Positions 19,146 to 26,700 of a stretch of DNA of 33,959 nt are shown piece after piece (the first letter of the stretch is position 1; every line of letters begins with the position of its first letter). The notes under the pieces were generated by a model. It searched no databases. It was not told where the DNA came from and was given only the letters and a program-made list of their open reading frames with translations. The DNA is from a virus (Duplodnaviria > Caudoviricetes): the IMG/VR virus record IMGVR_UViG_3300012940_000062, positions 1 to 33,959 of that record; one strand, 5' to 3'. A program made the translations under genes and the position numbers.

Positions 19146-19527
19146 TCTTCACCACCTTCGTGGCGGCGGCGCGACGCCGGGGCGACAGGCCAAGTTCCGT
19201 TTCCAGCGCCGCAGCATCGGCACCGGCTTCGCGCATCGCCGTAAAATACGGGCTCAGCCGCGCGATGGCCTTCGGGTTGCCGCGCTTCGGCTTCAGGACG
19301 GCGCCCTGCTCGGCGACCGTGCGGGCGGCGCGGTCGTAGACGATGTAGGCGATCACCAGCCGCTGGATCGAATGCGCGTTGGTCGGCGCGAGGATCTCGC
19401 GCTCGCGCATCTCGGTCGTGACGATCCGCCAATGCTCTGCTGCGGCTCGCTGCTCCAGCTCGTCCGTCAGCAGCAGCGCCCAATCAGGCTCGGCGACGAT
19501 GGATCCGGTGCCCTCGATCTCGTTCAT
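19093..19527 (-). CDS. terS: Terminase small subunit, P27 family
   Basis: 144 aa, C-terminal ELGLSPRRR motif, immediately upstream of terL. Confidence 0.9.
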   Translation of the reverse strand: MNEIEGTGSIVAEPDWALLLTDELEQRAAAEHWRIVTTEMREREILAPTNAHSIQRLVIAYIVYDRAARTVAEQGAVLKPKRGNPKAIARLSPYFTAMREAGADAAALETELGLSPRRRAAATKVVKNARKKTAASNYLKSVKG

Positions 19528-19529
19528 GC

Positions 19530-19650
19530 ACCTTCACCCCTTTGGGGTGACCCCCAACTTTTTACCCTGAAAACACATTTCGGCGCGTATGGAGGGCGGT
19601 GTCGGTGTCCGCCCTCCGGACCCTCAGACTTTCGACCCGGGGGTAGGCGT
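19530..19650 (-). other. Probable cos/packaging initiation region
   Basis: Non-coding gap between the HNH-side genes and terS, the usual cos position in HK97-like phages. Contains inverted repeats GGAGGGCGG..CCGCCCTCC and TTGGGG..CCCCAA. The exact cos cannot be identified. Confidence 0.5.
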
Positions 19651-19932
19651 CGACCGATCGAACGGATCGGTGCCGCTGATCCACATGGGCGGATGGGTTG
19701 ACCCCCAGCAGTTGAACCAGATGACGCCGCCGGTGGCGATCACCTCGGCCAGTTCCTCGGGCGATAGTTGCCACTTGCTGATCACGTTGGGCTGGCCATC
19801 GAGATCGCGATAGCGATGGACGTGCAGGTCATAGACCGTGCCAGCCGCGGCGTCCTCTGGCGTCGGGGCGCGCAAGATCGTGTTGGCCTCGTCAAATGGC
19901 ACGCCTGTCGCCATCACTCGTTCCTGTTCCAT
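19624..19932 (-). CDS. Hypothetical phage protein, ~96-102 aa
   Basis: Protein-like composition (SKWQLSPEELAEVIATGGVIW...HPPM), overlaps the HNH stop. Real start may be MATGV near 19914. Confidence 0.75.
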   Translation of the reverse strand: MEQERVMATGVPFDEANTILRAPTPEDAAAGTVYDLHVHRYRDLDGQPNVISKWQLSPEELAEVIATGGVIWFNCWGSTHPPMWISGTDPFDRSTPTPGSKV

Positions 19933-20222
19933 GGATGATCGGGGCTGGTAGGCCGGCCAGAGCGGCCGATGCCCTTGCCTTTGATCGGTTCGCGATACCC
20001 GAATTGCCGAGCCGTCACCTCACGGTCGCATTCGTCGCAAAGGTTCTCGGTGTTGTCGTCGTCGTCGCTCCCGCCATGGGCGAGCGGCTTGATGTGGTTG
20101 ACCACCGTGGCCAGCCTGACGATCCCCTTGGCCCTGCAGTGCTCGCATAGTCCATCGGTGCGATCGAGGCGACGGCGACGCTGGGCGACGCCGGCACGGC
20201 CACGCAGGCGCTCGACTGTCAT
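19914..20222 (-). CDS. Packaging-associated HNH endonuclease (HK97 gp74-like)
   Basis: CxxC, ATVVNHIKPLAHGG, N..LCxxC and C-terminal HPWN, upstream of terS. Confidence 0.88.
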   Translation of the reverse strand: MTVERLRGRAGVAQRRRRLDRTDGLCEHCRAKGIVRLATVVNHIKPLAHGGSDDDDNTENLCDECDREVTARQFGYREPIKGKGIGRSGRPTSPDHPWNRNE

Positions 20223-20230
20223 GCGTCACC

Positions 20231-20446
20231 TCATGACAAGGCGAGATCTAGGCCAGCGTCCCAAGCATCATACAGATCAGGCTCGGCGTCCCCGTCATAG
20301 GGATTGACCATGAACCGATCATCACCCGGCTCTGCGCACGCGCTGCCAGCAGCCCAGCCTGCCCGATAGGCCTCTACCTGAGCTGAGGAATAGTGCGTGG
20401 GAGCCACCAACTGGCCCACCGCATCAAGCTGAACGGTCTTGGTCAT
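20231..20446 (-). CDS. Small Rmf/CrpP-like-motif protein, 71 aa
   Basis: AYRAGWAAG...NPY...AWDAG matches the Rmf-type pattern GY.AG...CPY...W..G. Confidence 0.6.
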   Translation of the reverse strand: MTKTVQLDAVGQLVAPTHYSSAQVEAYRAGWAAGSACAEPGDDRFMVNPYDGDAEPDLYDAWDAGLDLALS

Positions 20447-20499
20447 GCCGTGCGCATAGCATAGGCGTTGCACGGCGGCGACGCGCAATGGGCTGAGCA

Positions 20500-20619
20500 T
20501 CAGTCGAACCCGATCCGCTTCCAATACCGGCAGCCTGCCTCATCGTGCCACAGGCTGATGCAGATCCCGAGGCCGTGACGATGGGCCTTCCACATGGACA
20601 TGGGGAGCAAGGTCAGCAT
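20500..20619 (-). CDS. Possible 39-aa peptide (MLTLLPMSMWKAH...KRIGFD)
   Basis: Start overlaps the end of the upstream gene; no recognisable motif. Confidence 0.3.
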   Translation of the reverse strand: MLTLLPMSMWKAHRHGLGICISLWHDEAGCRYWKRIGFD

Positions 20620-20840
20620 GCGCCGTTCGTTGCCTCCATGATCTTGGCCTCGATGCGGCAGCAGTCGTTGCCATCGAGATACTGCGGCCGGTGGGCAATG
20701 CGATGTTCGCGCCCGTCCGTCATGGTGATCACCAGCACGCTATCGCCCGCGCAGTTCGCATAGGAGCGCCGGTCCCACTCCATGTAGGACACGGCGGCCG
20801 GGTTGATGATCAGATCATTGGTGACGCGCAACAGAGGCAT
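20613..20840 (-). CDS. Small hypothetical protein, 75 aa (weak FlbD-like pattern)
   Basis: AAGGA RBS before ATG 20840; LIINPAAVSYME...VITMTDG. Confidence 0.65.
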   Translation of the reverse strand: MPLLRVTNDLIINPAAVSYMEWDRRSYANCAGDSVLVITMTDGREHRIAHRPQYLDGNDCCRIEAKIMEATNGAC

Positions 20841-20981
20841 ATCGATCCTTTCCACGCCTTGAGCCGGATCAATGCACGCGCTGCGGCACAATGCTATGCT
20901 GCGGCATCAGCGCCGAGTCGATCCAAGCACGCGTTGCCCGACAGCAACTGGAAAGCTGCCGCTTCAGATACGGAGGCTGCC

Positions 20982-21158
20982 ATGGCCCGATCCGAGCACG
21001 GTGCGCATCATGGCGCGCAGGAATACTTCGCCATCCGCGAAAAGGCTGAACGTGAAGCCGCCCGCATCGCCAAGGATGAATGCGCCAGAAGGGTGCATCT
21101 CGATCTGGCATTGCGATACCGGCGAGCACAACTCGATCTGCCCATGATCGAGCTCTAA
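20982..21158 (+). CDS. Small helical protein, 58 aa, paralog 1
   Basis: GGAGG RBS; EYFAIREKAEREAARIAKDECARRVHLDLALRYR. Confidence 0.8.
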   Translation: MARSEHGAHHGAQEYFAIREKAEREAARIAKDECARRVHLDLALRYRRAQLDLPMIEL

Positions 21159-21236
21159 TCCGGAAGCCATCGGCGCGGATCGTTCAAGGCCCGCCCGCGT
21201 TTCGTGATCGTGGTCATGGCGTAGCATCTGGCCACC

Positions 21237-21282
21237 GCGTCCCGCCGGATGCGTCCACACCCCCTGTGGTCCGGCGGGACGC
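21237..21282. repeat. Perfect 13-bp inverted repeat between the two paralogs
   Basis: GCGTCCCGCCGGA ... TCCGGCGGGACGC with an inner CCACA/TGTGG stem. Confidence 0.8.
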
Positions 21283-21436
21283 AACCAAACGGCGACACTT
21301 GTGATCAGCCGACGCTAATTGGCGACGAAGTGATTCACGGCCCGCTGGTCTGCGGTGATAGGTTCCCGTCTAGCGTCGAGATGATCTGCAAGCATTGCTG
21401 CCACGATCTGAAACAGCTGCTCGATAGCAGGAGGCT

Positions 21437-21619
21437 ATGATGGCCGGCCAGCAACACCACTACGACGATACACGCGATTACTACACAGCACGTGAGGCTG
21501 CGGAGCGGAAGGCAGCGGTAGCCGCCACTGATGACTGCGCGAGAAGGGCGCACCTTGATCTGGCGTTGCGATACCGCATGGCGCTGCACGAGCTGCCCAG
21601 GGTCGAACTTCGACCCTGA
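21437..21619 (+). CDS. Small helical protein, 60 aa, paralog 2
   Basis: AGGAGG RBS; DYYTAREAAERKAAVAATDDCARRAHLDLALRYR. Confidence 0.8.
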   Translation: MMAGQQHHYDDTRDYYTAREAAERKAAVAATDDCARRAHLDLALRYRMALHELPRVELRP

Positions 21620-21624
21620 AGGGC

Positions 21625-22128
21625 CGCCGGGCAGAGCGTGGGGTCTCTGCCCGGCGATAGATGCGCGGGCTGGGCGTCGCATGCCGGTCACTGGCTTCCC
21701 AGCTTCCGCTTCTATCCGGCATGCCGCCGCGCAAAGGGTGGGATCGACCGTTCGGCAGGCCGGCCGATCCCGACGAGGGTCGCTCCTGCCTGTCCAATGG
21801 CGGGGGCCAGGAACGAGATTCCCTCGTATCGCAAACCATACGGGCGCTCGACCGGGTGTCCCCAATCCTTATCCCGCTTATCGTCGCCGGAAGCCCGGCT
21901 TTGAAGCGACCGCAGCGCCAGCGACGCTGAACGGGTTTCAAGCCCGATGCCCGGCGCCGTCGCGATCGGCGTTCATCCGGGTAGAGCGGGAGAGACGGGG
22001 ATCGCGATGGATTGCCCCAAACTTGTTTGAACCATGCAGCGGCCATTCGCGGGAAGCACGCTTCCACCGCGTGATAGGCGAGGGCAGTGAAGTCCTTGGA
22101 CCAACTGGCACCATGCTCGCCGGCCGCT
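21625..22128. ncRNA. Candidate structured RNA region/late-operon leader downstream of the NusG paralog
   Basis: No convincing ORF. Consecutive stems at 21625-21656, 21679-21724, 21740-21771, ~21800-21877, 21957-22010 and 22038-22128. Confidence 0.45.
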
Positions 22129-22707
22129 TCATGCGGCGGCGCCCTCTCGGGCTTCGCCCAGCTTTACATCAATAATTTTCAATGTGGAAGTAGTAACTTC
22201 CCAACTGAGATTGCTCCCCAGGAAGCAGACGATGGTGATCTTTTCGCCACTGCTTTCCACGACGCCGGGCAGGCCGGTCATGATGCCCGATGTGGCGCGC
22301 ACCATCGCACCCGCAGGGATCGGCGCCGCCTTGCGATGAACCATGGCCCGTCGTGTCGCCCTGTCCTCAACAGCGCGAAGCGCGTCCAGTTGCCGATCGG
22401 CAATGAAGACGAACTTGCCCGTATAGCGATAGACCACGAAATCGACGTGATCCTTCACCGGCAGCGCCGCGAGTAGGCGAAGATCCGAAAGCTGTCGGGC
22501 ATCGGCGAAGACGTATGTCGGCACGAAGGGCACGCGCCGCTCGACGCGCACCTTCTTCCTCGGTATCTGCCGCGAGATAGTTTCAACGGGCGTCCATGCC
22601 GTGAAGCCGTCACGGGTCAGCGTATCCACCAGCGACAACGTGTTTGCGGCGCGCGTTCGCAGGATGCACCAATAGCGCTCCGTGTCGGGCATCTGCTCGC
22701 CCGTCAT
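22129..22707 (-). CDS. NusG-paralog transcription antiterminator (NGN plus KOW domains), 192 aa
   Basis: WCILRT, AWTP, PFVPTYVFA (NGN) and GAMVRATSGIMTGLPGVV (KOW). ATGA-coupled to the upstream gene and in the position of lambda Q. Confidence 0.9.
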   Translation of the reverse strand: MTGEQMPDTERYWCILRTRAANTLSLVDTLTRDGFTAWTPVETISRQIPRKKVRVERRVPFVPTYVFADARQLSDLRLLAALPVKDHVDFVVYRYTGKFVFIADRQLDALRAVEDRATRRAMVHRKAAPIPAGAMVRATSGIMTGLPGVVESSGEKITIVCFLGSNLSWEVTTSTLKIIDVKLGEAREGAAA

Positions 22708-23036
22708 TGATCTTTCTCCTGCAATCCTAGGCGGCGGAGGCCGGGGTTTTCCGTGAAAAGCCGCTCGACGGAGCGCTCTGTATTCCGGCTGTCCAACCAG
22801 GGTGCCTCGTCCGTGGAATTGCCATACCGCCAATCATGGAGGCCAATGTCGTCAGGCAAGGTATGAGGCCGGTTGCGCTGGAACGTGATGCCCTGCTGCG
22901 CGCCACGGCGGTAACTGCGCTCGCTGACACGGGCAAGGAGCTTAACGACGACGCGCCTCTGCGCGGCCGTAAGGTCAGCCAGTGCCCGCTCGCTGATGCC
23001 GTCATCAACATGATACGCCGTGACGTGGTGCTTCAA
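22704..23036 (-). CDS. Hypothetical protein, 110 aa
   Basis: TTG start after CAGGAGG, overlapping the upstream stop (TTGA); motif SERSYRRGAQQG. Confidence 0.7.
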   Translation of the reverse strand: MKHHVTAYHVDDGISERALADLTAAQRRVVVKLLARVSERSYRRGAQQGITFQRNRPHTLPDDIGLHDWRYGNSTDEAPWLDSRNTERSVERLFTENPGLRRLGLQEKDQ

Positions 23037-23191
23037 ATTGCCCTCCTGCCCTCTGTGAGCTTCGCTCGCTCGACCCAATGCCACTCCCATTCCCGGTGCG
23101 TGTGGCACCAGATCAGGACGAGTTGCTGATCTCCGGATATTTCGTCCCGTTCGTCGATCTCGGCGTAATCGAGATCATGCGGCTTCGACAT
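23033..23191 (-). CDS. Small Trp-rich hypothetical protein, 52 aa
   Basis: MSKPHDLDYAEID...IWCHTHREWEWHWVER...AI. Overlaps the helicase end and the next start; below the ORF-track cutoff. Confidence 0.6.
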   Translation of the reverse strand: MSKPHDLDYAEIDERDEISGDQQLVLIWCHTHREWEWHWVERAKLTEGRRAI

Positions 23192-24638
23192 CGTTGCCCC
23201 CGTCGACGTAACTCGCGGTCGTCCAGTGCCAGTCCAGCTTGATCGTGCGTTCGCGGCCGGGATACCCCATCCTCACCTTCGAAATCGTCATCTCAACGAT
23301 GGTCGAAGACTTGTCCGGCCGATGAACGATGACGCCGTAATCGGCCTTGTTCGCCCAATGTGCCGACCCGGAAACGTCATAGAGGCCGGGAGCAGCCGCA
23401 CTCTTCCCGAACTCGGCTGGCTTGCGCGGGTGCGCCACGATCCACACGGCGCAGCGATAGGTCTTGGCGAACGCCTTCCACGCCCGGATAGCTCGACTGG
23501 TATATTCCCCCTCGTTCTCGTCCGGCCGGCGCTTGTGCTCCAGCTCGTTCCACGGATCGACGATGAACAACTGGATGCCGTCGCGGATGACGCTAACCCG
23601 CGCCAGCTCGATCGTCTCTTCCAGCGTGAGTTCATGGTCGGGATCGTCACTGTCCTGCGCGATGATCTGGAACCGCTTGTCGAGCAGGTCTTCCGCCCAC
23701 ATGCGCTGCGACGGCGGGATATTGTTGATCCACGACCGGCATAGCGCCTCCATCAGCTTTGTGTGCAGGATCGGCCGGATCGCGGTCTCGAAGCTGCCCA
23801 TCGCGATGTTGACGCCTGCGCGCAACGCATTGGCGATCAGGAACATCAGCAGTGACGTTTTTCCCGCGCCGGCAAAGCCCGTCCATATCGTCAGGGTGCT
23901 GGGCACCAGGCGGAAACAGTCGTCACAGGCTGGAAGCGCAAGCGAGATCGCCGTCATCGGCGGCGGTTCCGGGAAGTCCGAGAAGCGATAAATGCCCTTG
24001 ATCGGATATGGCTTGGCGCCGCCCAGCACCCGAACAACCTCGGCCTCCCCGTGCTTCAACAGAACCTCGTTGAGATCCTTGCACCCCTCCGGATATTTGA
24101 CGAACAGACACCGCTCCGGACCAAGACGACGCGCCAGATCGGCGCGAAGGGCATTGCCGTTCGCATCGGCATCCACGGCGAGAATGAACGACTTCACGTT
24201 GTCGAGTTGAGGCTTCGCGCGCCAGACGAAGCGATAGCGCTCCGCGTCGTCATCCTCGCTCGAAACCGCCCCCGTTTCCTTCTCCGGCGCGCCGTTCGGA
24301 ACCGACATGGTGCAGGGAAATCCGCACTGGATCGCCACCATCCCGTCCCACTCGCCCTCCGTGATGACCACCGTCTGCTGACCGGAGCGGACCGCATCCA
24401 GCAGCAACACGTCGTGGTTCCAGAACGTCAGCGGGGCTCCGCTGTCCATCATGTGCCGCTTCTCGCTGGCCAGACGGTATTTGTGGTTCAGGACCTTGCC
24501 GTGTTCGATGAACGGGACGCTGATCCAGCGCTTTCCGCCTTCGGTCTTCGTGAACAGCCCCAGGTCCACCGCCAGTTCGGCGCTGATGCCGCGAGCCTCG
24601 ATCCATTCGAGGTGCTTGGGATGGATCGTATCCTGCAT
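23175..24638 (-). CDS. Twinkle/T7 gp4-like primase-helicase (TOPRIM plus SF4 helicase)
   Basis: TOPRIM ITEGEWD, DAD and CKDLNE; Walker A GFAGAGKTS; IVDPWN; VAHPRK; SGSAHW. Confidence 0.93.
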   Translation of the reverse strand: MQDTIHPKHLEWIEARGISAELAVDLGLFTKTEGGKRWISVPFIEHGKVLNHKYRLASEKRHMMDSGAPLTFWNHDVLLLDAVRSGQQTVVITEGEWDGMVAIQCGFPCTMSVPNGAPEKETGAVSSEDDDAERYRFVWRAKPQLDNVKSFILAVDADANGNALRADLARRLGPERCLFVKYPEGCKDLNEVLLKHGEAEVVRVLGGAKPYPIKGIYRFSDFPEPPPMTAISLALPACDDCFRLVPSTLTIWTGFAGAGKTSLLMFLIANALRAGVNIAMGSFETAIRPILHTKLMEALCRSWINNIPPSQRMWAEDLLDKRFQIIAQDSDDPDHELTLEETIELARVSVIRDGIQLFIVDPWNELEHKRRPDENEGEYTSRAIRAWKAFAKTYRCAVWIVAHPRKPAEFGKSAAAPGLYDVSGSAHWANKADYGVIVHRPDKSSTIVEMTISKVRMGYPGRERTIKLDWHWTTASYVDGGNDVEAA

Positions 24639-24834
24639 AGCGTTTGCCGCCCTTCCAGCCGCAATTGAAACAGTTGAATTGGATGCCCTCGTCGTCGATC
24701 AGCACCGACAGGCATGGGTCCCGCTTGTGCTTCCGGGTGTGCGAGCACTCGGGACACAGCGTCTTGCGGTTTCCCCGCCCCACGTTCCGCAGTTCGATCC
24801 GGAACTCGGCAAGCAGTTCGGCCGCCGTCAGCAT
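24250..24834 (-). CDS. Primase Zn-binding domain encoded in a separate frame
   Basis: CPECSHTRKHKRDPCLSV...FNCFNCGWKG in the first ~65 aa. The remainder overlaps the helicase gene out of frame. Confidence 0.75.
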   Translation of the reverse strand: MLTAAELLAEFRIELRNVGRGNRKTLCPECSHTRKHKRDPCLSVLIDDEGIQFNCFNCGWKGGKRYAGYDPSQAPRMDRGSRHQRRTGGGPGAVHEDRRRKALDQRPVHRTRQGPEPQIPSGQREAAHDGQRSPADVLEPRRVAAGCGPLRSADGGHHGGRVGRDGGDPVRISLHHVGSERRAGEGNGGGFERG

Positions 24835-25742
24835 GGCGACGACAGCGGCGTTCCGCCCCCCGGTATGTGGACGATCTCCGTCGGCCGTCGGGCCGAGGTC
24901 GACTGAGCAGGGGGATGGTCCCGCCTGATCCAGTTACGCCACGTCGCCAGCCAGTCGACCTTCGTCGCCTCCCTCCCCGATTTCGCCGACCAGTAATCGA
25001 CAAACTTTGCCGCCTCGAAGTCGGCCGTGGCCCGCGCCACTCCTTCACCGACCGCCCAGGCGATCCAGTCTTCCGGCATGGCAAAATCGGGGGGGAGGCG
25101 GGTGCCGCGCTTAGCGGCGCCCTCCCCAACAGATTTATCTGTTGGGTTTACTGTCCCTGTCCCTGTTACTGTTACTTGGGAGGCTGAAGGACGGCCTTTG
25201 GATTCCTTGTTGGTTTCCTTCTTGGATGCTTCAAGGCGTCCTCGACGATCAATTCCAGTATGATCTTGTTGTTCCGTATCACCTCCGTCGCGTGTTGGAG
25301 GTTGATTTTCATCAGGATTTCGTCCCCAGCGCTTCGCATTCGCCTTTTTGCTGCGCTCACGATACTTTTCCTTTTTCTCCCAGGCCTCCAAAGCCTTCTC
25401 GGCGACGATAGGGTGATAGAGGCGCCCGTCAGCGCATTTTACCCAACCGTGGAGCGCGACTTCCCGAACATCCTCCCATGCGCGAATGTCTCGGCCGAGT
25501 TCCGCCAGACGTGTCAGCTCGATATCGTCGGCTGGGATGGATGCTGCGGGAACTTGGTGGAAGGACTTAAGCCATAGCGTGACACCCGCACGCCATTCCG
25601 CATCATTGGCTATGGCATGAAAGCGCGAGCCGAAAAGACGGATAATGTCGATCGGCATGAAATGGAAATCGCGGAGATCGCATTCAGGCGGCGTCAGTGG
25701 TGCCGGCTGCTCAGCCAAAGGATCTGTCGCCATGGCGCTCAA
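24828..25742 (-). CDS. Replication initiator, DUF1376/YdaU-like
   Basis: DLRDFHFMPIDI...LW..S..QVPAASIP.DD..L...GRLYHPIVAE N-terminus; C-terminal FVDYW...DWLATWRNW; follows cro. Confidence 0.85.
   Translation of the reverse strand: MSAMATDPLAEQPAPLTPPECDLRDFHFMPIDIIRLFGSRFHAIANDAEWRAGVTLWLKSFHQVPAASIPADDIELTRLAELGRDIRAWEDVREVALHGWVKCADGRLYHPIVAEKALEAWEKKEKYRERSKKANAKRWGRNPDENQPPTRDGGDTEQQDHTGIDRRGRLEASKKETNKESKGRPSASQVTVTGTGTVNPTDKSVGEGAAKRGTRLPPDFAMPEDWIAWAVGEGVARATADFEAAKFVDYWSAKSGREATKVDWLATWRNWIRRDHPPAQSTSARRPTEIVHIPGGGTPLSSPC
25125..25232. other. Candidate phage replication origin inside the initiator gene
   Basis: Palindrome CCCAACAGAT-TT-ATCTGTTGGG, tandem CTGTCC/CTGTTA 6-mers, and imperfect 11-bp repeats TTCCTTGTTGG/TTCCTTCTTGG in an AT-richer patch. 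Confidence 0.5.
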
Positions 25743-25990
25743 GCCGCGGTGCCGAAAGAGGAACTTGGCTCAGGATATATGTCTGGCCTCAAACGATGCC
25801 TTGGAATGCCGAGCGCCGATTCGACCTTCAGAACGTAGGCCACCGATAATCGCGGCTTCGGCTTGTTCAGCATCTGCCAGACCGCGCCTTGAGTGCATTC
25901 GCAGATACGGGCCAGTTCAGACTGATTGTTACCTGCGGCGGCGAGGGCCGCCCGCAAGGCGGCAGCGGCAATTTGATCAGGGTCTAGCAT
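25739..25990 (-). CDS. Cro-like HTH regulator (YdaS family)
   Basis: AGNNQSELARICECTQGAVWQML...LRPDIY; divergent from the repressor. Confidence 0.9.
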   Translation of the reverse strand: MLDPDQIAAAALRAALAAAGNNQSELARICECTQGAVWQMLNKPKPRLSVAYVLKVESALGIPRHRLRPDIYPEPSSSFGTAA

Positions 25991-25998
25991 GAGGCGGC

Positions 25999-26027
25999 AT
26001 ATTAGTAATCTCTTAGAGATTTATCAA
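25999..26027 (-). promoter_or_regulatory. PR-like sigma70 promoter with operator
   Basis: TTGATA-N17-TAATAT ending 8 nt before the cro ATG. The spacer holds CTAAGAGATTACTAA and palindrome AATCTCT-A-AGAGATT. Confidence 0.75.
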
Positions 26028-26064
26028 ATAGTAAAGTTATAGTGCCGTAGGTAGGAGTGCAGGG

Positions 26065-26700
26065 ATGGACCGAAATCGCCTTATGGAAGCCTTGTACAAG
26101 CGAGAAATCTCGCAGAGCGAACTGGCCCGGCGGCTTGGCATCACCCAAGGTGCCATTGCGCAAATCCTGAGTGGCCGCACCGCGAAGAGTAAGTATGCAC
26201 CCGAAATTGCCCGCGCGCTCGGCGTTTCGCTGGACTGGCTCAATGGCGAGGATGTTCCGTCCGGCATTCGGGGAAATGTCGTCGACGTCGATTTCGTTCA
26301 ACTGACGGAACTTGATGTGGGCTACGGCATGGGAGGCGGAACATTCATTGATGAGCATATGGAACATCAAAGCCGAGTGTTCGATCCAGCGTGGATAAGG
26401 GCAATAACGAGATCACCGCCCGAGCTTCTATTTGTCGCCAGAGGGATAGGCGATTCGATGATGCCCACTCTTCTCGATAACGACACGCTGCTTGTTGACC
26501 GGGGTCAACGCAAAATTACCCAGCAGGACCGAATCTGGGCGTTGACCTACGGCGAGTTGGGAATGGTCAAGAGAGTCAGGCGCCAACCGAGTGGTCAATT
26601 TCTTCTCATGTCCGACAACCAAGCGATCCCCCCGATCGAAGCGGCCGCCGACGAAATCAACGTCGTTGGCCGAATCGTTTGGATCGGGCGAAGGACCTAA
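26065..26700 (+). CDS. CI-like repressor (XRE HTH plus S24 peptidase)
   Basis: SQSELARRLGITQGAIAQI HTH; GDSMMP (Ser) and VKR (Lys) autocleavage domain. Confidence 0.95.
   Translation: MDRNRLMEALYKREISQSELARRLGITQGAIAQILSGRTAKSKYAPEIARALGVSLDWLNGEDVPSGIRGNVVDVDFVQLTELDVGYGMGGGTFIDEHMEHQSRVFDPAWIRAITRSPPELLFVARGIGDSMMPTLLDNDTLLVDRGQRKITQQDRIWALTYGELGMVKRVRRQPSGQFLLMSDNQAIPPIEAAADEINVVGRIVWIGRRT

Noticed and set aside
20870-21436. EcfG-type (GGAAC-N16/17-CGTT) promoters for the paralog pair
   Set aside because: No matching motif found upstream of either gene by eye.
21798-21877. Minus-strand GCGGG...CCCGCCA segment resembling a tRNA
   Set aside because: No T-loop or D-loop consensus and no proper 7-bp acceptor stem; kept only as part of the structured region.
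21620-22128. RfaH ops site or hammerhead ribozyme core downstream of the NusG paralog
   Set aside because: Neither GGCGGTAG nor a CTGATGA...GAAA core was seen.
21335-22175. ORFs 21335..21865, 21435..22067 and 21531..22175
   Set aside because: Arg/Pro-rich translations without a convincing RBS that overlap a better-supported small gene and hairpin-dense DNA.
26002-26370. Minus-strand ORF overlapping cI
   Set aside because: Antisense to a clear repressor gene and runs through the promoter/operator region.
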